Origin: Candidatus Multivoradales bacterium
GTDB taxonomy: Bacteria; Acidobacteriota; Thermoanaerobaculia; Multivoradales; Multivoraceae
NCBI GenBank assembly: GCA_965223325.1
Contig: CBDCWI010000001.1
Span: forward strand, 1,760,001-1,824,000
DNA length: 64,000 bases
Reading direction: 5' to 3'
Part shown: positions 38,108-47,989 of the stretch, one piece after another
Layout: each line of letters begins with the position of its first letter
Position numbering within the stretch: position 1 is the first letter of the stretch
Program-made: the position numbers and the translations under genes
The notes under the pieces: generated by a model
What the model was told of the DNA's origin: nothing
Databases searched by the model: none
Seen by the model: only the letters and a program-made list of their open reading frames with translations

Positions 38108-39373
38108 ATGACCTCCGAGCCCCTACTCGACGCCGGCAAGACCACCGACCACGAGCGACTCGTGCCCCTGGGCTCGACGGCAGATCCGGAGCCGGCGCCG
38201 CCGCCAACTGCCAGTGGCAAAGGCGGCGTCGAAGAGAAGGCCCAGAGGCGTTCGAAGAGCGCCCAGACCCGGCCCGCGACCCCGTACCATCCCCTGCGCG
38301 CTGGCCTGGCACGGCTGCCACGCCTGGCGACCGCCGCGCAACGTATCGCGCGCGCCAACACTGGGCGCCTGGCCGCTCCGTTCAAGATGACCTGGGCGGT
38401 GACCTACTGGTGTCAGTACCGTTGTGCGACCTGCAACATCTGGCAGAAGAAGCCCAGTGACGAACTCTCCACCGAGGAAGTGCTGCGCTTCATCGCCGAG
38501 AACAGGAGCCCGTCGTGGCTGGACGTTACCGGCGGCGAGATCTTCCTGCGGCGCGATATCGAAACCATCCTCACCACCGCGCTCGAGCGCTGGCATGACT
38601 TGGCCCTGTTTCACTTCGCCACCAACGGCTACAAGACCGACAGTACGGTGGCGATCGTTGAACGTCTCATAGGTCGCGCCCCGGCCCATCTGGTGATCAC
38701 CGTCAGCCTCGACGGACCGGAAGAGTTGAACGACCGCATTCGAGGGGTCCCCGGCGGCTACCGGCGCCAGATCGAAACCTTCAAGAGGTTGCGGGCCCTG
38801 CCAGGTGTCAGGACCTTTCTTGGCATGACTCTGTCGCGCGACAACGTCGGCCAGCTCGACCGCACGATCGAAGCAGTGCGCACCGACGTCTCCGACCTCT
38901 CCGCCGATGACGTCCACCTGAACGTCATGCAACTTTCAGATCACTACTACTCGAACCAGGACACCGAAGATCTGGTGCCCGACCGAGGCGCGGTGCTCGC
39001 CGAGCTGGCTCGGTATCGTAAGCGCCGCGGCGGCGGCCGGTCGCCGGCCGCCTGGCTCGAGAACCGCTACCTCGGCCACCTCGAAGAGTTCCTCGAGACC
39101 GGCAAGACTCCCATTCGTTGCCACTCGCTGCGTTCTTCGGTCTTCATCGACCCCTGGGGCACCGTCTTCCCGTGTATCACCTGGGATGAGAGCATCGGCA
39201 GCCTGCGCGATCACGACATGAAGCTCGAGCCGATCTGGAGGAGCGCCGAAGCCCGGAAGCGCCAGGCCGATGCCTGGGGTGGCCGCTGCCCGCAGTGCTG
39301 GACCGCCTGTGAGGCGTACCCGAGTATCGCTGGCACAGCGCTTCGACCCACCCACCGGAGGCCGCCAACATGA
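38108..39373 (+). CDS. Radical SAM / SPASM-twitch protein
   Basis: CQYRCATC (CxxxCxxC), TGGE, ISRCHS-type C-terminal Cys set: CHS...GTVFPC...CPQCWTAC. Confidence 0.88.
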   Translation: MTSEPLLDAGKTTDHERLVPLGSTADPEPAPPPTASGKGGVEEKAQRRSKSAQTRPATPYHPLRAGLARLPRLATAAQRIARANTGRLAAPFKMTWAVTYWCQYRCATCNIWQKKPSDELSTEEVLRFIAENRSPSWLDVTGGEIFLRRDIETILTTALERWHDLALFHFATNGYKTDSTVAIVERLIGRAPAHLVITVSLDGPEELNDRIRGVPGGYRRQIETFKRLRALPGVRTFLGMTLSRDNVGQLDRTIEAVRTDVSDLSADDVHLNVMQLSDHYYSNQDTEDLVPDRGAVLAELARYRKRRGGGRSPAAWLENRYLGHLEEFLETGKTPIRCHSLRSSVFIDPWGTVFPCITWDESIGSLRDHDMKLEPIWRSAEARKRQADAWGGRCPQCWTACEAYPSIAGTALRPTHRRPPT

Positions 39374-40167
39374 GCACCTCGACAACCAACGGCCCGCGAT
39401 TGCCCAACGTCACCATTGTGATCCCAGCGCGCGACGAGGCGCCATCGATCGTCGAGATCATCAAGCGCTCGTTTGAAGTCTGCGAGAACGTTGTGGTCGT
39501 CGACGGCCACTCGACCGACGGCACGCGTCGCGTGTCGGAGGAGGCAGGCGCCGAGGTCATCATGGAAAAGGGCCGCGGCAAGGGCCGCGCGATTCGCACC
39601 GCCATCGACTTTGTCGAAACCGAGGTCATCGTCTTCGTCGATGCCGACGGCTCCCACGACCCCGAGGACGTGCCCAGGCTCGTTGCACCGATCTTGGCGG
39701 GTGAGGCTGACCATGTCGGTGCGTCGCGCTTGATTGGTGGTTCGTCAGAGCTCCACGGCGGCTTCGACGAGTTCTTCCGGCTGTGCGGCAGTTCGTTCAT
39801 CACGGCCTGCATCAACAAGCGCTTCAGAGCCCGCATTTCCGACAGCCAGAACGGCTTTCGTGCCGCCCGCACCGAAGTCCTGCGCGCTCTCGACCTCCGC
39901 GAGGCGACGACCACCATCGAGCAGGAAATGGTGATGAAGACGCTCGCCTATGGCTACCGATTATCCGAGGTGCCCTCGCACGAGAACCCTCGTCGCCACG
40001 GGAAGTCGCACATCGTCGTGTGGAAGGTCGCGCCGCGCTACGGGTGGTCGCTTCTGCGCGGCCTCGCGCGGCGACGCCAGCCTGCCCGCGATCCCGCTGC
40101 CCTCAAAGAGAAGGCAGAGTCTCGAACCAAAGCAGCCGTGGCCGCGGTACGACCCGCCAGGCAATGA
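39370..40167 (+). CDS. GT2 glycosyltransferase (DPM1-like, polyprenol-phosphate type)
   Basis: IVIPARDE, VVVDGHSTDGT, GKGRAI, FVDADGSHDP, DSQNGFRA. Confidence 0.9.
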   Translation: MSTSTTNGPRLPNVTIVIPARDEAPSIVEIIKRSFEVCENVVVVDGHSTDGTRRVSEEAGAEVIMEKGRGKGRAIRTAIDFVETEVIVFVDADGSHDPEDVPRLVAPILAGEADHVGASRLIGGSSELHGGFDEFFRLCGSSFITACINKRFRARISDSQNGFRAARTEVLRALDLREATTTIEQEMVMKTLAYGYRLSEVPSHENPRRHGKSHIVVWKVAPRYGWSLLRGLARRRQPARDPAALKEKAESRTKAAVAAVRPARQ

Positions 40168-41972
40168 CGAGCGAGCAAGCACCCGGCGGACGGGTTCTGG
40201 GGATCTGGGACGGGCATGACAGTGGCGCAGCCTTGTGTGTCGACGGGCAGGTTGTCGTAGCGCTCAACGAAGAGCGTTTTACCCGCCGCAAACTCGAGAT
40301 CACTTTCCCCGACCACTCGATCAGGCACTGCCTGGCGGCTGCCAACCTCAAAGCCGAAGACATCGACACCGTCGCCTTCTCGACCGGTGATCCAGCGCGC
40401 ACACTCACTCGCTATCTCCCGGGCGTCAAAGAGCGCTATCGCCGCATTCGCCGGCGTGAGGTTCCACCGGGAGCTTTCGCGCCGCTTCTTCAGGGTCTCA
40501 AGTGGCGGGTCGCCGCCATGCCACCCAACGCCCTCTCCCGGAGCCTCAGCCGGCGCGCCATCTCCGCACAACTCCTGAGCCTCGGCCTCAACGGGGCTCG
40601 GCTCGACCTCCACGATCACCACGCCTGCCATGCGATGGCGGCGGCGCGCGCGAGCGGACTCGACGCATGTGCCGTGGTCACCATCGACGGTGTGGGTGAT
40701 GGTGCCTCGGCGACGGTCTCGCACTGGCACGAAGACACCCTGAAGCGCCTCGCCACCACCAGCTCGGCAGATTCGCTGGGCGTCTTCTTCGAGCGGGTGA
40801 CCCACCTGCTCAACATGCGTGAGCTCGAAGATGAAGGCAAAGTGATGGCGCTGGCCGACCACGCGGCTCCGGTGCCCGACGAACTCAATCCCTTGCTCGA
40901 GGTCTTCGAACTCGACGGCCTGGTGCTGCGCATGGCCTACCGGGGAAGAGCACTCGACCGGTTCCTCGCCCGGGTGCTCTACCGCTTCCCCAACGAGCAG
41001 TTCGCGTTCATGGCCCAGCGTGCGGTCGAAGACGCAGGTACGCGACTGGCCGTTGCCGCCACCCAGGCCACCGGCGAACGAGACCTGGCTCTCGCCGGCG
41101 GCGTGGTCTCCAACGTCAAGATGAATCGCGCGATCCGACTTCACCCCGAGATCAACCGAGTCCGCGTGTTCCCACACATGGGCGATGGCGGCCTGGCTCT
41201 CGGCGCTGCGCTCCTCTCACAGACCGGCGCCGGACCGCTCGACCTCGGCGACCTTGACCTGGGCACGGACCTCGACCTCGAGAAGGCCGCGGAACTCCTC
41301 TCTACCGACGGTCGCCTCGTCTTCGAGAAACCAGCCGATCTCGCCACGCGAGTCGGTGAGCTCCTGGGGCGAGATCAGGTCGTCCTGTGGTGCGAAGGTC
41401 GCATGGAGTACGGGCCGCGCGCCCTCGGCCGGCGCAGCGTTCTAGCGCGTCCAGATCGCCGAACGATTCGCGACCGTTTGAACCTGGTTCTCAAACGACG
41501 CGTCTGGTACCAACCGTTCTGCCCATCGATGCTGGAGAGCACCGCCCGCCGCCACCTCGAAGACTGGGACGGCCACCTGAACCGCCACATGACGATGTCG
41601 TACAAGGCGCGGCCCGAGTCACGCGAACGGCTCGCCGGAGTGTTGAGCGTCGACGGCACTTGCCGGCCGCAGATTCTCCCCGACGACGCTGACCACCCGC
41701 TGGTGCCGATCCTCCATCAGGCCGAACAGCGCTTCGGCATCGGTGCCCTTCTCGACACGAGCCTCAACATCCATGGCGAACCACTGGTGCGCACCGAAGA
41801 GGAAGCTATCGACGTGCTACTGCGTAGCGGCGCCGACGCACTGGTCCTGGGGCCGCTGGTATGCCGGATCGCCCCCGAAGTCGAAGCATCAGAACCTGCC
41901 GAAACCCCACCGCCAAGAGCGCCGACAAGAGCGGCGAGCACGCTGAGCGTCGCCGACCAGGTGGCCTCATGA
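40164..41972 (+). CDS. NodU/CmcH-family carbamoyltransferase
   Basis: GHDSGAA, EERFTRRK, HHACHA, TIDGVGD, EGKVMALA, LAGGVVSNVKMN, GDGGLALGAA, GRMEYGPRALGRRS, KRRVWYQPFCP, DGTCRPQ, DTSLNIHGEP. Confidence 0.93.
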   Translation: MTSEQAPGGRVLGIWDGHDSGAALCVDGQVVVALNEERFTRRKLEITFPDHSIRHCLAAANLKAEDIDTVAFSTGDPARTLTRYLPGVKERYRRIRRREVPPGAFAPLLQGLKWRVAAMPPNALSRSLSRRAISAQLLSLGLNGARLDLHDHHACHAMAAARASGLDACAVVTIDGVGDGASATVSHWHEDTLKRLATTSSADSLGVFFERVTHLLNMRELEDEGKVMALADHAAPVPDELNPLLEVFELDGLVLRMAYRGRALDRFLARVLYRFPNEQFAFMAQRAVEDAGTRLAVAATQATGERDLALAGGVVSNVKMNRAIRLHPEINRVRVFPHMGDGGLALGAALLSQTGAGPLDLGDLDLGTDLDLEKAAELLSTDGRLVFEKPADLATRVGELLGRDQVVLWCEGRMEYGPRALGRRSVLARPDRRTIRDRLNLVLKRRVWYQPFCPSMLESTARRHLEDWDGHLNRHMTMSYKARPESRERLAGVLSVDGTCRPQILPDDADHPLVPILHQAEQRFGIGALLDTSLNIHGEPLVRTEEEAIDVLLRSGADALVLGPLVCRIAPEVEASEPAETPPPRAPTRAASTLSVADQVAS

Positions 41973-43714
41973 CGACTGCCGGCGAACAACGGCGCCTGGC
42001 CTCGGGGGGCCTGCTCTCCTGGATCGGCCTCGCCGTTGGCTTTCTGGTTCTATTTGCCGTCAGCTGGCTGTGGCTCGCCGACCGGCCTCGCCCAGAGCTC
42101 ATCGAACAACTGATCCGCATCCAACTGCCCGCCCTCGAGCTGCAATTCCTGCTGCTGGTCGGGCTCGGTGCGTTCGAAGCCCGTGCCCTGTTTCGCAACA
42201 CCGGCGCCGGCCCGCACCTATGGCCGGCAGCGGCGCTGCTGGTTGCCATCGCACTCCTGTTGGTCGTCTTCGTCCCGCCGAAGACCAACCGCATCTACTA
42301 CGACGAGCAGATCTACCAGGGCATCGCCCAGAACCTCAGCGACATGCGCCGCGCGCAGATGTGCAACGAGGGCTACGTCGAGTACGAGATCCTCCAATGC
42401 CAGCGCGGCGAGTACAACAAGCAGCCCTACGGTTGGCCCTACCTGATCTCGATCCTCGATCGCCTGCTCGGCACCCGAGAAGCCAACGGCTTCTGGCTCG
42501 CCCGCTTCGCGCACGCCCTGACCGTGGGAGTGCTCTTTCTACTCGGCGGAGTGCTGCTTCGCCAGCCGACCGCCGGGCTCCTGGCCGGTGGCCTGTTTAC
42601 GTTCCTCCCGGATCAACTGCAGTGGTCGAACACCGTGGCATCGGAACCCGCCGCGTCGCTATTCGCGGCAACCGCGGTCCTCGCCGCCGCCCATCACGCA
42701 CGTGAAGACCGCTGGCGAAGCGGGCTGTGGCTGGCGGCAGCCGCCGCGTTCGCCATACAGCTGCGTACCGAGTCGCTCCTCATTCTGCCGATCGTCGGCC
42801 TGGTTTTCCTGCTCCAGCGACCACGTCTGCTCTTGCGGGCTCGCATCTGGTGGTGCGCTCTCTTTGGCGCCGCCCTCGCCCTCTCTCTGGCCGGTCACCT
42901 GTTCGCCGTGCGCACGGAGAACTGGGGGGCGAGCGGTCCGCGGATGGCGCTCGAGTACGTGCACTCTAACTTGAGCGTCAATGGCCCCTACTACCTCACC
43001 AACGCACGCTTTCCCCTGCTCGTGACAGCTCTGGCCGCTCTGGGCCTGGGCTTTCTTTTGACCTTCCGAACGCCCACCCCGAAACTGTCTTCGGTGGGTG
43101 CCAGGCGCGGCGGTCTGTTGGTGATCTGGTTTCTGGTCTTCTGGTGGACCTATTTGATGTTCTACGCCGGCTCATACTCCTACGGCGCCGACGTACGCTA
43201 TGCCCTCTTGACCTTCGCACCACTCACCCTGCTCGCCGGCGCCGGTGCCGACGCGGTCTTACGCTCGCCGGGGCCCGCCGGTCGGGCTGGCAAGCTGGTG
43301 CTGGTAGGCCTCGGCGTGATCACTCTCCTGTGGGCGCTGCCGCGCACGCGGTCGATCGGCGAGGAGGCCTGGGCGGCCCGCGAAGACGTTTTGATCGCGC
43401 GCCTCTGGGCTCGACAACTGCCGCCTCATAGCCTGGTGCTCACTCACAATCCGAGCATGTTCCACGTCTGGGGCCGCAACGCCGCCCAGGCATCGCTGGC
43501 AACGACCGATTCCGGCGTCGTGCGCGAAGTGCTGGCGCCGCGCTTCCCCGGCGAGGTCTACTTTCACTGGAACTTCTGGTGCAACGTCAACGACCCGGTG
43601 CAACAGGCCTTCTGTGTCGACCTGCTGGCGCTCTACGAGCACCAGCTCGTCTTCGAAGAACGCCGCCGGGACTACCGCTACGCCCTCTACCGACTCGACC
43701 TTCCGACACCCTGA
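41969..43714 (+). CDS. GT-C-fold membrane glycosyltransferase (PMT/ArnT-like)
   Basis: Multi-TM; IYYDEQIY, KQPYGWPYL, SEP, LRTES, DVRYAL motifs. Confidence 0.72.
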   Translation: MTTAGEQRRLASGGLLSWIGLAVGFLVLFAVSWLWLADRPRPELIEQLIRIQLPALELQFLLLVGLGAFEARALFRNTGAGPHLWPAAALLVAIALLLVVFVPPKTNRIYYDEQIYQGIAQNLSDMRRAQMCNEGYVEYEILQCQRGEYNKQPYGWPYLISILDRLLGTREANGFWLARFAHALTVGVLFLLGGVLLRQPTAGLLAGGLFTFLPDQLQWSNTVASEPAASLFAATAVLAAAHHAREDRWRSGLWLAAAAAFAIQLRTESLLILPIVGLVFLLQRPRLLLRARIWWCALFGAALALSLAGHLFAVRTENWGASGPRMALEYVHSNLSVNGPYYLTNARFPLLVTALAALGLGFLLTFRTPTPKLSSVGARRGGLLVIWFLVFWWTYLMFYAGSYSYGADVRYALLTFAPLTLLAGAGADAVLRSPGPAGRAGKLVLVGLGVITLLWALPRTRSIGEEAWAAREDVLIARLWARQLPPHSLVLTHNPSMFHVWGRNAAQASLATTDSGVVREVLAPRFPGEVYFHWNFWCNVNDPVQQAFCVDLLALYEHQLVFEERRRDYRYALYRLDLPTP

Positions 43715-43914
43715 TCGCCAACCTGAGGCAGCCCTCTGAAACAGCGCTGTGGCAGGGGCACTGCGCCGCTCTCTGCACTCCCAGCCGAATGAACGCTTCA
43801 GATGGGCACGAGAGTTGCTGCAAAGGACGCCACGCGGGATAATCGCGGAGCCTCGCTGATAGTGCGATGCCTGGCTGATGCTGCGCAGCCTAGGCAGGCT
43901 GTCTCGATCACCTC

Positions 43915-46689
43915 ATGAAGTACCTGGGCAAATACGAAGTCATCGAGCAGATCGGCGAAGGTGGGTTTGGGAAGGTCTACCGTGGCCGCGATCCCAACAT
44001 CAACCGCCAGGTGGCGATCAAGACCTGCACTTCGCAGAGTGACACGATCCGCGAACGCTTCTTCCGAGAAGCCCACATCGCTGGCAACCTCTTCCACCCC
44101 AACATCGTCACCATCCTCGACTTCGGTCAGGACAGCGAACCACCCTTCATCATCCAGGAGTTTCTCGAGGGTCGCGACCTCAAGGAACTGGTGGTCGAGA
44201 AGGACTGGGAGCTCTCGCTCGTGAAGCGGGTTCACTTCCTGACGCAGATCGCCGAGGCGCTCGAGTTCGCCCACGCCAACGACGTCATCCATCGCGACAT
44301 CAAGCCGGCGAACGTGCGTGTGCTACCCGACGACCGCGTCAAGGTCATGGACTTCGGGATCGCGAAACTCAAGGGCCAGGAGACCGGGCTAACGGAAACC
44401 GGCGTCGCAGTGGGAACCGTGGCCTATCTCTCCCCCGAGCAGTTGCGTGGTGAGACCATCGACCATCGCGCCGACTTGTTCTCGTTCGGGGTGCTCGCCT
44501 ACGAACTGCTCACCTACACGCGCCCTTTTCCCGGCAAGACGTTTTCGAATCTCTGCTACCAGATTCTCCAAGAGCAACCGCAATCAATTGGCGACCTGAT
44601 CGAGGGCTTTCCGCCCGAGATCGACCGCATCGTCATGCGCTGCCTGGCGAAAGAGCCGAGCGCGCGCTTCGAGAAGACCGACGGCCTCGCACGGCGGTTC
44701 CGCGAAGTGCGGCCCCTGGTGGGTTCATGGTCTGATCCCTACGCGGCGCGCGTCGCTCGCAGCCAGGAGGCCGACCACCAGGAGACTCGGGCAGACACGC
44801 CAACCACCGGGCAGAGCGCGGCGCTCCCGCCGGGCGCACCCGGGGCCCCATCCGAGCCGCCACCTGATCGCGAGACCTACGCCGAACTGCTCGGCCTGGC
44901 TGACCGCGCGCGCGAGGCGCTAGAGCGCGGAGACTTCACCCAGGCAACCTTGCTCCTTCAACGAGCCCGCGAGACCTTCGCCCACCAACCTCAGGCAGAC
45001 CAGATCCTCAGCGGGCTCGACAAGGAGCTGGCGGAGGTCCGTCAGGAGCGCTCGGCCGAGCGCCGCAGGCGCGAAGAGTTCGCGCGACTGGCCGAGCGGG
45101 TTCGCGCCGCCGTGCTGGCAGGCAACCTCGAGGAGGCCGAAACCGCTCTCGGCGAAGCGCAGCTGCTGGCGCCCGGAGACTCTCGCCTCCACCGACTCGC
45201 CGAACGTGTCGACACCCTGCGCCTTGCCGAAGCCGCTGACAAGACCGTTTCGGTGCCGGTGCCGGAGCCCCCGCCCAGCGAGGCCAAGAAAGAGGCCGAG
45301 GAACCGTCGGCCAAAGCTCCAACCAAAAAGACCGGCAAGGGGAGTGACGAAAAGCCGCCGGCTTCGAAGGAGTCTGTTCTCGAGAACGCCCCTACCCGCC
45401 CCCTACCGGGCGACGCGCACTCGAGCACCCAACCACTGCCCGAAGCGAAGCCGCCGAAGAGCCCCGCGAAAACACGACCCATCGCGGACATCACCTCGCC
45501 CACCCAGCGACCCGGCACGAAGCCGGAAGCTCCCGCAGGCAGGCCAACGCGCCCATCAAAGACAGATGCGAGAAGCGTCCCTACCGAGAAGCGCCGAGCC
45601 AAGGGCCCAGCGAAGAAGGCGGCCAAGAAGGCCCCTGCCAAGAGGAGCCCTGCCAAGAAGAGCCCCGCCAAGAAGACCAGGATGGCGAAGGAGCGCAGGT
45701 CACGACCCGAACCCCAACCAGCGAAACCACCGCAGGTCGCGGCACCCTCTCAGCCCCCGATCAGCGCGAACACCGACGACTCCAAAAGCGGTGCCCGGCG
45801 AGGAATGCCGTCCTGGATCCTGTTCGCGGTGCCAGCGGTTGCACTCCTGGCGGTCCTCGGCCTGGGCATCAGCAAGATGGCCAGTCGTTCGGTCGAGCCA
45901 CCAGCGACACCCGCGACAACGCCTGTCGCCGACACCCCACCTAGCGACCCGGCCGACGGACCACCCACGGCGAGCGATTCCCAGTCGGCCAGTTCGATCT
46001 TCGGCCCTCGCCCTGCCGGCGTCGGCGAGGAAGACGACCTGCGCGACTCAGTCGACGTTTTCGAAGACCCGCCGACCATCACCGAACCAGACGTGGGCGA
46101 CGACGCGCCGCTTCAGGCCGCAGACTCGCAACAGACTCCAGCAATCGAGCCCATCCCCCAGACCACCACCTCGATCGCACCCAGCACGTCTTCGACCAGC
46201 ATCGCACCCCGCGCGACCACCTCCATTCGCGCCACCACGTCAGTGCCGGAAATCGCCAGCACCCCCGTCGTCAGCGAGAACCCGACCCGGCCACCAGACA
46301 GAGCCCCTCCGGCAACCACCACCGCACCGGCAGTAACAACACCCTCTGAAGCGACGTCAGACTCCGACGGAGCCGCCGCAGCCGATCGTCAAGCGGTGCG
46401 CTCCCTGCTCCAGCGCTACGAAGCCGCCTGGGAAGCCCTCGATGCCGGAACCATCCGCGAGCTCCACCCCGCCTCGGGTATCAACCAACGCACTCTGCGA
46501 CGCAACTTCAAGAGCGTCGCCATTGAGATCTCGAACTGTCAGTTCGACCTGACGCCCTCAAGAGGCATCGCCACCTGCCAGGTCACCCGCCGCATGACAC
46601 CCCGCGCCGGCCCGGTCCAACAGGCCACGGGCGCTGGCTTCCGCCTACGCAAAGAGGACGGCCGCTGGATCATTACCGCGTTGTTCTAG
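43915..46689 (+). CDS. Membrane Ser/Thr (Hanks-type) protein kinase
   Basis: IGEGGFGKVY, VAIK, IHRDIKPAN, DFG, YLSPEQ, DLFSFG; helical region, Pro/Lys-rich linker, TM helix, small extracytoplasmic domain. Confidence 0.95.
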   Translation: MKYLGKYEVIEQIGEGGFGKVYRGRDPNINRQVAIKTCTSQSDTIRERFFREAHIAGNLFHPNIVTILDFGQDSEPPFIIQEFLEGRDLKELVVEKDWELSLVKRVHFLTQIAEALEFAHANDVIHRDIKPANVRVLPDDRVKVMDFGIAKLKGQETGLTETGVAVGTVAYLSPEQLRGETIDHRADLFSFGVLAYELLTYTRPFPGKTFSNLCYQILQEQPQSIGDLIEGFPPEIDRIVMRCLAKEPSARFEKTDGLARRFREVRPLVGSWSDPYAARVARSQEADHQETRADTPTTGQSAALPPGAPGAPSEPPPDRETYAELLGLADRAREALERGDFTQATLLLQRARETFAHQPQADQILSGLDKELAEVRQERSAERRRREEFARLAERVRAAVLAGNLEEAETALGEAQLLAPGDSRLHRLAERVDTLRLAEAADKTVSVPVPEPPPSEAKKEAEEPSAKAPTKKTGKGSDEKPPASKESVLENAPTRPLPGDAHSSTQPLPEAKPPKSPAKTRPIADITSPTQRPGTKPEAPAGRPTRPSKTDARSVPTEKRRAKGPAKKAAKKAPAKRSPAKKSPAKKTRMAKERRSRPEPQPAKPPQVAAPSQPPISANTDDSKSGARRGMPSWILFAVPAVALLAVLGLGISKMASRSVEPPATPATTPVADTPPSDPADGPPTASDSQSASSIFGPRPAGVGEEDDLRDSVDVFEDPPTITEPDVGDDAPLQAADSQQTPAIEPIPQTTTSIAPSTSSTSIAPRATTSIRATTSVPEIASTPVVSENPTRPPDRAPPATTTAPAVTTPSEATSDSDGAAAADRQAVRSLLQRYEAAWEALDAGTIRELHPASGINQRTLRRNFKSVAIEISNCQFDLTPSRGIATCQVTRRMTPRAGPVQQATGAGFRLRKEDGRWIITALF

Positions 46690-47978
46690 TGGCGCCCGTG
46701 GTTTCCGGCCTTTTTGTCGAGGGCCTTGGTTGGTGTCGCTGTGCTTTTGGAGTGGTGTTCTCGCGATATCGCGAGGTCGTGTACCACGGGCGCCACTAGA
46801 GTCACTTTTGCGGCGCAAGCGGTCCGCAGGGCGCACCTTTTTCCTCGGCGCTCGCCCTGCAGATGCGACCAGGAACTTCAAACGAACGGCGCGCGCCGCG
46901 GATTCCGGGCTTCGATGAAACTGACTTTTCTCGAGCACGAACGAGACGATTGCCTGCCTGAACGTTCGACGCGAAGAAGCCCGCCGGGCAGCGCCAGGGC
47001 CAAGGTGTTGCGGCCTTTTTGTCGAGGGCCTTGGTTGGTGTCGCTGTGCTTTTGGAGTGGTGTTCTCGCGATATCGCGAGGTCGTGTACCACGGGCGCCA
47101 CTAGAGTCACCTTTGCGGCGCAAGCGTGCCGCGGCGCGCACCTTCTTCCTCGGCGCTCGCCCTGCTGGTGCGACCAGGAACTTCAAACGAACGGCGCGCG
47201 CCGCGGATTCCGGGCTTCGATGAAACTGACTTTTCTCGAGCACGAACGAGACGATTGCCTGCCTGAACGTTCGACGCGAAGAAGCCCGCCGGGCAGCGCC
47301 AGGGCCAAGGTGTTGCGGCCTTTTTGTCGAGGGCCTTGGTCGGTGTCGCTGTGCTTTTGGAGTGGTGTTCTTGCGATGTCGCGACGTCGTTTACCACGGG
47401 CGCCACTAGAGTCACTTTTGCGGCGCAAGCGTGCCGCGGCGCGCACCTTCTTCCTCGGCGCTCGCCCTGCTGGTGCGACCAGGAACTTCAAACGAACGGC
47501 GCGCGCCGCGGATTCCGGGCTTCGATGAAACCAACTTTTCTCGATCCAGGGCTGCGACCAGTGCCTGGATGAACATTCGGCGCCAAGAAGCGCACCGGCC
47601 GTCGTGGTTTCCGGCCTTCTTGTCGAGGGCCTTGGTTGGTGTCGCTGTGCTTTTGGAGTGGTGTTCTCGCGATATCGCGAGGTCGTGTACCACGGGCGCC
47701 ACTAGAGTCACCTTTGCGGCGCAAGCGTGCCGCGGCGCGCACCTTCTTCCTCGGCGCTCGCCCTGCTGGTGCGACCAGGAACTTCAAACGAACGGCGCGC
47801 GCCGCGGATTCCGGGCTTCGATGAAACCAACTTTTCTCGATCCAGGACTGCGACAAGTGCCTGGATGAACATTCGGCGCCAAGAAGCGCGCCGGCCGTCG
47901 TGGTTTCCGGCCTTCTTGTCGAGGGCCTTGGTTGGTGTCGCTGTGCTTTTGGAGTGGTGTTCTCGCGATGTCGCGAGG
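46685..47978. repeat. Non-coding tandem array of ~300-bp palindrome-rich units
   Basis: Units start at 46707, 47012, 47317, 47613 and 47909 (partial); periods 305, 305, 296, 296. Confidence 0.92.
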
Positions 47979-47989
47979 CGTGCTGGTGG

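Noticed and set aside
45590-45700. Histone H1-like AKK repeats in the kinase (also in the FHA gene N-terminus)
   Set aside because: Low-complexity linkers that are common in such proteins; no evidence for a separate function.
46685-47978. CRISPR array, or protein-coding repeat ORFs (46714, 47019, 47324 etc.)
   Set aside because: The repeat is ~225 bp, the variable parts are themselves repeated, no cas genes are present, and the periods break the reading frame.
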